From: Azolla caroliniana
Taxonomy: Eukaryota; Plantae; Polypodiophyta
NCBI GenBank assembly: GCA_043228905.1
Contig: JBHGNT010000504.1
Location: forward strand, 1-22,257
Length of the DNA: 22,257 bases
Reading direction: 5' to 3'
In this document: positions 11,172 to 22,060 of the stretch, piece by piece
Position numbering within the stretch: the stretch's first letter is position 1
How the letters are laid out: every line of letters begins with the position of its first letter
Translations under genes and position numbers: made by a program
The notes under the pieces: generated by a model
What the model saw: the letters and a program-made list of their open reading frames with translations, nothing else
The model's database searches: none
Told to the model about the DNA's origin: nothing

Positions 11172-12031
11172 GGAACCAAAATCCCTGGTCAGGAAGAGGA
11201 TGATAATGTTATTGCTACTGATACCCGTGCTGATGACATTGATATCGATGATGATGATCTTTTGTGAGGGGGCCATCAGACCAGAAAACTGGAAAAGGAT
11301 AAGTTTAGTGTTGCTGTGAGTTAAGAGAGATGTATGTATTGTCTCATGAGAGATAGCCAGGAGTAGTTCCAATATGGCAAATATTTCCAATTGCTGATAT
11401 TTTCAAAAGAAATAACTTTCCTGAGTCTGAGTGTCGTTTATTCGTTTCCTAGAATAAGATAGATTCATCAAGCTCCATATCATGTCCATGGATTGGAACA
11501 TGTACATAACCAAAGACAAGACAACTGTTCACCAGGTTTCTGATAGTGCGATCCGTAAATATTAATATCTGCAACTTTAAAGATTTTCCAAGAGGCCAAA
11601 ATGGTTAACTATGAGACCTACGTATAGTGCTCCTGTTTTCTTGCTCAATATCCTATAGTAGGCACTCATAGATTTCATCCATTAATTATGTTATCAATCT
11701 CGTTCATGAAGGTATCTTTTTCTCTCTATTAGATAAAGTTGAACAATTTGATGGGCACGGAACTCTAAATAACGAGTTTCCTTTCTCATCTACAGTATGA
11801 AGCTAACACATTTCGCATAGGTGGGGAAATGCTAGTGCATGCAACCCGTATTTTCAAAGTATGATCACAATGCATCTGTATGCGCTTGTGCTATATGTCT
11901 GCGAACTAGATTACCACTTTATTTCATTAATGTTTATCACTTTTTGATGTAGTTTCAAATTTCAATCCCAGTAAGAGGAGGTGTTCATATATTAAATCAA
12001 GATCAAGGAAAGGTTTTTGTATACAATCTCC

Positions 12032-14913
12032 ATGTCTCATATTAATTCAGCTCTTGATATGCCTGATATACCAAGGGGTCAGCTCCCTCCTCACCTCGAA
12101 CTTCAACGAACTCGAGTTGTCTGTAGACCCGATGCTGCTTCTTATGTATGTGTTCTAGTATAATCCTTTTTCCGTTGCATATACAAGACATACGGATATA
12201 TTCTCTTCTTTTCAGTTTATTTCATCTGGTTTTTTCTTACACAGCTTTTATTTTCTCTTTTTCCCCCTGTAAACTCGTGCAGACAGAAAGGCTACAGTTC
12301 TCTGGTGCATATTCGTTGTCTGGTGTTGATAACAGCCTCCGTTTGACAGATTTTTTCAAAGATTTCCGTGTTGAGATAATTTCTTTTAACAGTGATGACA
12401 TTGAATTTGATATGATTGGCATTGATGCTGCGATAGTGAATGCTTTCAGAAGGATTCTGATTTCAGAGGTATATTGGTTCATTGTTTTTGTGCAATTTGA
12501 AATAATACAAGGGTCATATCATATAAGGGATTTCCTTACAAAATTTAACTGTATTCATTTCATATGAAAGATACCCACAATGGCAATTGAGAAAGTTCTC
12601 ATTGCTAATAACACATCTCTCATACAAGATGAGGTGTTGGCACATCGATTGGGACTAGTTCCTATCAAAGCTGATCCCAGACTATTTGAATACAAGTCAG
12701 GTAACTTGATGTGAATTATACGTTCTGTTTTGTGGTTTGGGATTAGTCTAACACGTCTAGTGTTTTTTTTGATAGAAAATGATCTGGCAAATGAAAGGAA
12801 TACGATTGTCTTCAAGCTGAATGCAGTTTGCACGAAGCAAGATGGACGAGTAAAGAACAGTACAGGTACATCTCTATTCCTCCATGTTGAAAACTCCATA
12901 TCCCACATCCTGAACGAATTATTGGGATATGTAAAAGTATTGCGAATTTTCTGTGTAGATTGGTAATATATTTACCATCAAATTGGAGATATTGTGAACA
13001 AGACTTTCTTTGTTAGCGATATACTCATGTGCCATTGTAAATGGATTGCTTGCTAGGTACATGTCTGTTTGGAATTTAGGCATTTTTATTTTTTTCCATG
13101 ACATGTGAATTTGGATCGCAATGTCATAACCGAACAACAATACACTGTTTGATGTTCAACAAGATATCACCTGTAAGGCTGGGGACATTGAAGAATATGT
13201 TAACTGATATCTGAATAGATAATGTTTTCCATTATGGGTTATGACTACATTATTACCATAGTTTCTCTATTCTTTGTATTTTGACTAAGTACATATGATA
13301 TTGTGACAGTAAATGGGTGTTGTGTATTTACAAATATAAGCTAAATGTGAGGTGTTGGAATGCTTGTGATATTGTGTATGGTTTTTTCTTATTATTAATA
13401 ACAACCTTTTGATGGGATGTGCAGTTCGATCTGAGGAATTGCGGTGGCTGCCAAATGGGAGTGAATATGAGGTTCCTTCTTCTGAGAAATGCAAGAAGAC
13501 GTACACGTCTTTTACATGTAGTCAGGACACGTTACCACTTCTCAAGATGGATCCCATTATCTCACGATATCCAGACATCACACTCGCCAAGCTACGTCCC
13601 GGCCAAGTCAGTCAGTGTCATCTCTAATTCTTAGCCATAACATTCTTGGAAGCTCTAGTGCTTATTTTTAGATTGTTATAAACTCTTAACAGAATCTATG
13701 GAAAAAGCTTATATATTTATAGAATAGATAGATAGAGAGAGAGATAAAGAGAGAGAGAGAGAGAGCACCACCTTATTCATTAGGACAATTATATTCTTGA
13801 TCTATCTCAATTACTCCTATTTTTTATTGTTTTTTTACACTTTTTTAATGGTTTATTTAAGATGGTCATCCCCTGAGATCTAAAAGCCATTAACAAGTGC
13901 ATGTTGATGTAGTTCCTAGGACTTTCTATGGCGCGTTTAATAAAGTTTTGCACCTACATTATGGAGAGACAAAATTTTTAAAAAGATAAAAGGTTGTTTT
14001 TCCTAAAGTTAAATTGATTTTAAAGTGTTGGGATTTATTGTAGTGTATTGAATTGGAAGCTCATGCAATCAAAGGTATGGGAAAAACACATGCAAAATGG
14101 TCTCCTGTGGCAACTGCGAGGTACAGGATGCTTCCAGAGGTAAGTCATCCTCATTTCCAGTGGAAGTGAGAGCTGAGTGGATGAATGTATGTATGTATGT
14201 AAATGTTTGTTTACTATATATGTGAATTTGTATTGATGATACATCCTATAAGAGGTTTTTGTCACGTTTGATTGATAATCAGGCTGATAAGATGTTCGTC
14301 ATTCTTAGGTGGTATTTCTTGAAGATGTGTGGGATGAGATGGCAGAGGAACTAGTTGAGAAATGCCCAGTGAACGTGTTTGATATTGAAGATCTGCCGAA
14401 AGGTAAAGAATTATAGGAGTGGGTATTTACCAGAATGCCCTACAGTTTTAAAAAATGACTGAGATACCCCCCCCACCAAAGGGGTGTTGCAATGATTCTT
14501 TTAGATTCTGGAAAATACTGATCACGTTAGGAGTTTAATGCTTCCTTTATGATGATTTATTTGAAAACAAGAAAAGTTGTTAACGTGAATTGGCAGGCGC
14601 AAAAAAAGCTGTCGTCACACAGCCAAGAGTGTGTACACTGTGTAGAGAATGTGTGTTTGGAGATGGGTGGGATACTCGTGTACAATTGCGTCGTGTGAAA
14701 GATCACTTTATATGTATGTTTAACATGTTGCTTATCTTTTTCAATGTTATGTATAAATGATAAAGACTCAGTGGTGCAAGAACTGATGTGATACTTTCTT
14801 TTGACACAGTTACTGTCGAATCTGCGGGTGCTCTACCACCTGAAGTTTTGTTCATTGAATCAGTGAAAGTTCTAGAGGAGAAGTGCCAGAGAATTTTGTC
14901 AGAGCTTTCATAA
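12032..14913 (+). CDS. RPAC1: DNA-directed RNA polymerases I and III shared subunit AC40 (RPAC1/RPC40; NRPA3/NRPC3), 370 aa
   Basis: Exons 12032-12145, 12283-12468, 12571-12700, 12776-12865, 13425-13606, 14044-14139, 14309-14402, 14597-14713, 14810-14913 (1113 nt, all GT..AG, in frame, TAA at 14911-14913). Motifs: [157 protein letters not shown], all characteristic of plant AC40. The start ATG 12032 is the first in-frame ATG after a TAA at 11993. An upstream spliced start is not excluded. Confidence 0.96.
13722..13765. repeat. (GATA)n(GA)n microsatellite in RPAC1 intron 5
   Basis: ATAGATAGATAGAGAGAGAGATAAAGAGAGAGAGAGAGAGAG read directly. Confidence 0.88.
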
Positions 14914-14931
14914 AATTGAAAATCCTAACGT

Positions 14932-14983
14932 AGAGGGAGAGGGAGAGGGAGGGAGGGAGGGAGGGAGGGAGGGAGAGAGAGAG
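14932..14983 (+). repeat. (GGGAGA)/(GGGA)n/(GA)n purine tract in the RPAC1 3' UTR
   Basis: Nine GGG runs between 14935 and 14973, starting about 20 nt after the stop codon. Confidence 0.93.
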
Positions 14984-16414
14984 TTCATTTGAAGTTTAAA
15001 TGCGCCTTCAATGGGTGGCTTTCAAGTAAGTTGATATAGAGACTGGAAGATTCAGCTGCCATTGATGGGAGTGATCATTAATAATTGTATATGGTCTTAC
15101 AATGAAAGCATGGCTTGCTAGAAACTATTTGTTAATTATCTACAAATAAGGGCTCTATTGATGCCTTTTTGTTTCAAACTTATAAATGTTGTTTATTCTG
15201 AGAAAACACTAGTGGGTAGTGCTTGTACCCAAACCTTCTTTCCATTGGATGTCAATCGTGGTGACCATTTCTTCCTATAGATAGATGGATATTGGGTTGG
15301 CTTACCTAAAACCATGGCAATCAAATTGTTAGATTCTTTTTAACTGTATATGATTTGTTTAGTTACATTAACGAGTTTATGTAGGAAATTCCAAATGAAG
15401 TTATACATGCTGAAATTTTGCCTCGCGAGGAATTTGTAGTGGGGATATAGGATGTGTGGAACTTATTTTGATTTCAACTCAAACTCACTGTGTTTTATAG
15501 TCACACTAATGAATTTTAAGAGCAGATTCATGGAATTAAACACATTGAAACTTTGTTTACAATACAGTTGTTGCCTTGCTTCCTAGTAAGGAATATGTAG
15601 CGGGGGTTAAGAACATGTGGAACTAATGTTGATTTTGAAACTTCTTCACAAATGTCAACAAGAAGTAAGATTTTGAATGAAATGATATTTTTGGGTGATA
15701 TGCAAACAGCCTTAAACGTAATTTTATCCTATGGTGGTTACATCTTCCATGAGAACTTTGATTATATGCCTTGTTAAATGAGTTTCATTCCAAGGGCTTA
15801 AAAGGTGCTTTGCATTTCATTGAAAATGAGACATTTCAAATTCATTTTGGCACCTGAACAATGACCATGATCTGCCACAACAAACCGTGGTTTCCTATTT
15901 TTCTTTTATTTAATCTGTCCTTCATAGCTAATTCAGAACAGACCTCTCATTGCAAAGGGCATAAGATACTATACTGAAATGTATAAACATGCAATAGATT
16001 TTATCATAGTAAGAGATATGATACTGGATACATCAAATATGGTAAACACCTCTTTGGTGCATCAGTTTTGTCACATGAGAGAATTGAATGACAATGATTT
16101 ATTTATTGCAACATGTCATATACACATCAAGATTGGCAGATTCTGTGCATAAATTTGCATGAAAAAAAAAAATACGACCACATGAAAATTTTCTAGTGGT
16201 GTCTTAACAATACATTAAAGCTAATTCCATCTCAACAGTGGTCTTCCTTATAAACATATCTGCAGGCAAGAATGGACGACCATCATAAGCTGCATGTCGG
16301 AAGTTCAACTCTGCAGGTTGCCATCAAACAGCAACTGAGCCATCATTAAGTGAGAAATTGTCTATGGCATTCTTCTGATTTCCAAGAATTCTTTTCAAAA
16401 ATTGGAATATTTTT

Positions 16415-19400
16415 TTACTCTGACATCACAATTGTTTGGGCCATGCGACTTCTAGTCCTATGCACGGCTCCAGCCGGAGTTACACTGTCAGAGGTGACCT
16501 CAGATGTTGTCGATAAAACCTCTATATCACCACTTTTGGTAGGTGTCTCATCAGACTGCAAGGCATCTTTGAGATATTGCAATTCCTGTGGTACACATAT
16601 TCCTTTACATCAGTCACTATCACTCAGTACACGATACATACCCAAGCATCTGTTTTATATACCTTCAAACCACCAAGTCCCATTCCAGATGATGGTGATC
16701 GCTCCAATCTTGCTTTCCCTGCAAAAGACTGCAGCAAAGAAATACATAGCTTTAATTTGATCAATTTTTGTTTTAATTCTCTTCACCAATTTTTTCAATG
16801 TATTTTATTAAACTCACTCTTTTACTGGGTCTGAAAGCCCCTCAAAACCTGATATCACTTAAGCATGCGACAATGAAATTATTGATTCCAGAGCTCGTGC
16901 ATAACATGGGCAATATAATTGCATTGTTCGTATGGTAATTTCACTAAAAATAAATAACCGTCAAAGGGGATACCATTTTGTCATAACAAAAAGCAACTTT
17001 TGCTTCTTCAATATATTCACCTTTTTATGTTACTACCTTCTAGCCTATGGCCTCTTGCAGAACTTATATATGACTAATCCTTGAATACCTGTAATCTATC
17101 CTTCCACACATACCCGTATACAACTATGGTCAAGATCAAGTAGTGTCCCTGCCTATTTTCCTCAATGCTGTTTGCCTGTTGAGAGATAAATTGTTTTGAA
17201 ATTCTAACTTCAACAATCCCTAGACCAGTAACACCAGCAACTCGGGACGTATTTCTACTTCAACAACATTTTTCTGTTTTAAATATGTTGGCTTTGTGAG
17301 GCTGAATGTACAAAGAACTCCTACCTGCAGAAGCTCTGGCTTTTGAGGGCCAGTCACAGCAAGACCTTGGACAAAGTGGCACAAATATACAACTCCAGCA
17401 TTGGTAAGATCCTGCAAGTAAACATCAAGATTAGCCCCATCTTATTGCCTTTTTATCAAATAAAAGACCACAAAGCTCTGAGCTTACTTGTTTTCCTTCG
17501 ATTTTCTCAATCTTGGTTCCCTGTGTAGATAGATCCCCATGATAATTGATGTGGAAATCAGATTGCAGTTCAATCAAAACATTCACTTGGAATCTCAAAT
17601 AGATTATTAATCATAGTTAGCATACAAACCAGACCCTCAACAAGGCGTTGCACACCCTCAATATCAAGTCCCATTTGAGCCAGATTTTCACGTACTTCAC
17701 CAACCTTCAATATCACACCAAACACAATAATTAATTTACACATCAAATGACATATTATGGCCTCTCATTATACAGAGCATGTTAGAACCCATACTTCAAA
17801 GCGTATAGCACCAGTTATTTCTTTCTGTTCATCCATTTTGTCATTCAGCTTTTCCATGCGTTGAGTTAGTTGTTTTTTTGCAGCCTGCAGAATCACGGTG
17901 ATTTCAGTACAATGCATACTATTATTGTAAATGAAAGGTGCAACCATTTCAGCAACAATCATTTTAGTAGAATATAAACTGCACTCTTGCCATGTACAGT
18001 GTATCTAGAAACTCACAGCAAGTGCTGTAGAGACATTTTCTAGTTGTTTGTTGAAACTAGAAACTGCATTGGCCATATTCTGCTTCGTGACATACATAAT
18101 GTCAGAAAAAGACCATCCCTGACATATTGATGCAAAATAGTTAGTGCTCTCTTCAACAAAAACCAAATTTTATATACATCTATAGAGATGAATGAAAGAC
18201 TTGTTTCTCGTTTCAATGAATCATCTCATTCATTACTATGCTGAGGTATTACCATAATCTTGATCGTCCTATTCATATTACCTTCCACCACATATAGCCA
18301 TATCCAACTGCACCCAAGACTGCTATTGGGATGATATATGACCCAAGATTGTCTGCAAGTTTGATCATTTTAATTTCAGTATGCAATTAGATAATATTCC
18401 GAAGATAATGCTTAAACTTGATTTCAGGACACTTCCATGTTCTCCCCATTAGCACCTTGCTCTGGTTAGTTTAGATGCAGATTGATTTGCAAATATAAAT
18501 GATGTGATACATAATGTTTCAAAGAGCACAATTTATAAAATCCAGTATGCAATTAGATAATATTCCAAAGATAATGCTTAAACTTAGATTTCAGGACACT
18601 TCCATGTTCTCCCCATTAGCACCTTGCTCTGGTTAGTTTAGATGCAGATTGATTCGCAAATATAAATGACGTAATACATAATGTTTCAAAGAGCACAATT
18701 TATAAAATCCAAGTGAAATCTTAGGAAAAATCTAATTTACAAGACCACAGCAAATTTGCTAGTATATTTCGACAATAACTTATACCCTTTCTGAGCTACT
18801 CGACAATTTAAATGGTGTTCATTTTTAGTGCAGGACCAGAGGAATGAGTTCATTGTTAGCAAAGGTGTTGAGTTCCAGTTCATTGGCAAACACATCCACC
18901 GCACATTATAAACTGATAGTTTGGCAGGAAGCTAGAACGAGAGTTTCAAGGATGAAAGTTTGGGCTGTCACGCTGGGCTAAAAGAGAAAAATGGAAGCTC
19001 GGACATTGATAAACATAGTGAGTGGTAATTAAGTGGAGAATAAGAACGCAGGCCTCAGATATGCATGGAAATAGTAGGGACAGTCAGACATTGTAGCCAG
19101 AATTTTTCTGACAGAAAAATACAAATGGAAAATTGAGTTTGGGCTCCCTTCCCTGTATATTCACATAATATATGCGAACAATTACATCTATTTTTGGGGT
19201 CAGAGTTTCAGCTTGTTTTGAGGGGTTGAAAGTCTGTTATAAAAATGAAGATTAGATATCAACTACAATTTATATCCCCATCTCTGTTATAAAAATGGAG
19301 AGAATATCTTGTATGTTCTTTGGGTCACTTTCCACATTTAATTGATGTCACCATCATCTAGCAGAATCAAGGTCTTCATTGTCATGTTCATTGCCATTTC

Positions 19401-22035
19401 ATCTTTGAATAAATAAAAGAATATATCAAGTGAATGAGTTAGAGTAGCGTACTGTTTTGGCCTGATGCATTCACAACTGTGATTTGTCTTCCACCATATA
19501 ATTGTCGAACTTCTTGAGCTAGGCGCACAATCTATTATTCAAAAGACAAAATATATTATCCAAATTTTACCAAGGAAGACAATGCACTTTGCTACTGAAC
19601 AACAGCAATCACCAGATGTACACTTTTATAGCAAGGAACTCCTATATTAAACATCTGCTAAATGCCATCAGGTATGCATGCAAATACATCATGACCACTC
19701 ACCAATAGCTAGAGAAGGACAAATGTCATTAGATTTTAAAAAAGACACGGATATCCATCATATTATATCTAGGCTAATGGTTCACAGAAGGCTGGAGTGT
19801 CGCAAATGTTATCATGGCCATATCTACCCATCAATAACAAGTAATGCTCTCACAAAAAAAGTTATTTGAAATGTAATATCACTCTGTATGGGTCTGTGAC
19901 CTTCCTGATTTTCTATATTGAATAACATAATATGTTATTATGAACAATGAGAGTTAAGAATGTCCTTACAAGACATGGATGGATCACATTTTAATAATTT
20001 CTCTAACATTAACAACTACCTTACTAAAATCCCATATAATTTCTCAAGCATCCAACGATACGTTCACTAGACTCTCTCATATCAATTTTTTAGAAGGTCT
20101 CTTTCTTCACATTCCCATTGTGAAATTTGTTTTGTCTCCTATAATATATTGTTGTTTTAACATTATTTTATTCATTTTCCATTTTTTGATGATAGATTAA
20201 GCCTGTACCAATACATGTAGTTTTTCTATTTTTTCATTATTCTATTTTTTTTACATAACTGGCATACTCAGAAAAGTGCTATTTTGACATTTTAACTGTT
20301 ACAGATAACAACTCTCCCCCTTGCAAAATTTAACTGAAAATATGAAAAACTAGGAAAATAAACAGACCTGAGCCTGAATAGCATCATTCTCAGAATCCTG
20401 ACCTCCTGAATCACCTTTTTTACCTTTGAATAAATACTCCTGCACATGTTAATGGCAAGACTAAAATAAGCTCATAATCCATATTTTCATTATTAATTGT
20501 TTATATGCATAAGATGGTTTACAGGGTGTTTATTGTTAGTGAAGCATCCTGTTGTAAATAACAGAAGCAAAACATTCTATGAGATAGAAGTACGATAAGA
20601 CTCCCAGGCTTCGTAATATTCCTTTTTTATATTATGACAACGAAATGGCACCTAGACACAAGATCGCACAGGAGTGTTTTTAAGCATTGGGCTAATGTCT
20701 TCATAGAACCACAATACTACTAGAAATTAACCAAACAATATTTGTAAGTATCACCTAAGCTAGCAGCCACCCCTTTCAATATAAATATAAATGTCGCTGA
20801 GAAGAAGATGTCTAAGCGTCGAATTTCATCCACAAAAATATACATATTGTTTCACACGCCTAATTAATTGGCACATATAGGCACATGCCAAGATAAGTAA
20901 AAACGTTTTCATCTATTTAATGATTTGTTAAGATCACTTTTCTCATGAAGGGTTCAACTTTCCTAACAATTTTGTTTCTCTCCCTTTCGGAGTACTAAAA
21001 CTACTAACTTTTACATAATATATAGAGAACTTTGAAAGCAATGAAGCATTAAAAATGCACCTGTATATTTGTGATAGTATCTGACAGTGTAGCTTTCCCG
21101 AGGACCATGTGTCCAGTCATTCCTGCACAAAACAAATGTTCTTGAGAATACTGGCCCAAAGAGAAGTGAAGATAAATGCCACAATCCACAACTGATGAGA
21201 ATGCTTTGAATGTGTTAGACATCAATTAAGCAAATTGAGGACAAAAGACTCAAAATTAGAATGAAAAACAGAAATATGAATCAAATATTACTGTGTCCTA
21301 TATGCTCCTGATGAGAAAAAACATACTACAAATTGGAAAAGAAATAGAAACATTGAAATTTAGAGAGTCGAACAAATATTTCATGGCACCTTTCATCATT
21401 TCTAAACGCTGATTAAAAGCAAACCATGACCATGTTAACATAAAATCTAAAACAATTTTTGAGAGATGAGCAACGATACACACACACACACACACACACA
21501 ATATATATATATATATATATCTTCAATACGCAGCCACAGTTGCATATAACATATAAAAACATCTTTTATTGAAATGAGCTCCAGTCTTCTTTCATGAGAA
21601 ACATTGCATTTATGTAATTATTGACTAACAAAGGAGAATCTCCTTTTCATTTTTGAACTTGGACGGTGGTTAAAATTTGAATTTATTTATTTAAATTTGA
21701 AAGGAGAAAGCTTCAAAATGTTGCGAATTTCTTTATGAACTCTGAACAAAGAAATTTATTTTTTGTGCTTTCATTATCGATTCTGAAGGAAAAAAGCTTC
21801 AATATATTTATGAAATTCATGAATCTGTAGAATAAAGAAACTTAAAATTTTGTGAATTTTCTTCTCTAAATATCTAGAAGAAACAAGCTTCAAAATTTGA
21901 TTAATCAGAAAGATGGCTACTGTTAACTAAAGAAAGAAAGATAAAAAAGGGTCGCATGAAGTTTATAAGCAATTTACCAGCGCCAAGAACAAGAATGATG
22001 ACTTTGGTGCTAGCTATTCCTGTCTGAGTAGCCAT
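16415..22035 (-). CDS. DUF1664-family protein (plant; hydrophobic segment plus coiled coil), about 321 aa
   Basis: Minus-strand exons 22035-21978, 21122-21061, 20439-20368, 19531-19453, 18352-18282, 18118-18017, 17884-17795, 17704-17630, 17520-17488, 17411-17325, 16728-16663, 16585-16415, with GT..AG borders and consistent phases. Translation begins MATQTGIASTKVIILVLGAGMTGHMVLGKATLSDTITNIQ and contains IQAQIVRLAQEVRQL, YIIPIAVLGAVGYGYMWWKGWSFSDIMYVTKQNMANAVSSFNKQLENVSTALAAAKKQLTQRMEKLNDKMDEQKE and KIEKIEGKQDLTNAGVVYLC. The GYGYMWWKGWSFSD.MYVTK.NM..AV signature is typical of DUF1664. The C-terminal exon structure is less certain. Confidence 0.9.
18377..18709. repeat. About 166-bp direct tandem duplication in DUF1664 intron 4
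   Basis: CAGTATGCAATTAGATAATATTCC...GAGCACAATTTATAAAATC starts at 18377 and at 18543, with about 4 substitutions and one 1-nt indel. Confidence 0.96.
21478..21520. repeat. Compound (CA)n(TA)n microsatellite in DUF1664 intron 1
   Basis: ACACAC... followed by ATATAT...; it produces the spurious ORF 21298-21501 (CVCVCV). Confidence 0.9.
21695..21900. repeat. Degenerate tandem repeat (period about 86-91 bp) in DUF1664 intron 1
   Basis: The core GAARRARAAAGCTTCAAWAT recurs (AAGCTTCAA at 21708, 21794, 21885), with related T-rich/GAA segments between. Confidence 0.55.
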
Positions 22036-22040
22036 GGAAA

Positions 22041-22060
22041 TCTGCTAAAGAAGGAAGAAA
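22041..22060 (-). other. 3' splice acceptor of a 5'-UTR intron of the DUF1664 gene
   Basis: The minus strand reads TTTCTTCCTTCTTTAGCAG|ATTTCC-ATG: a polypyrimidine tract and CAG 6 nt before the start codon. The non-coding first exon lies near or beyond the window end. Confidence 0.65.

Noticed and set aside
12237-12908. Minus-strand ORFs of 81 aa and 117 aa
   Set aside because: Antisense shadows of RPAC1 exons 2-4.
12900-12940. ATCCCACATC resembling the plant snRNA USE element
   Set aside because: It lacks the terminal G, has no properly spaced TATA box and no recognisable snRNA downstream. It is inside RPAC1 intron 4 and forms only a short ATATCCCA/TGGGATAT inverted repeat.
16350-16834. 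Plus-strand ORFs of 136 aa and 85 aa
   Set aside because: Antisense shadows of the last DUF1664 exons.
19232-19310. Short repeat TCTGTTATAAAAATG occurring twice about 50 bp apart
   Set aside because: A small local intronic duplication with no sign of a target-site duplication around a recognisable element.
12032-22035. U12-type or non-canonical introns
   Set aside because: All modelled introns are GT..AG without the RTATCCTT donor. Two use the rarer AAG acceptor (12570 and 17705), which is within normal variation.
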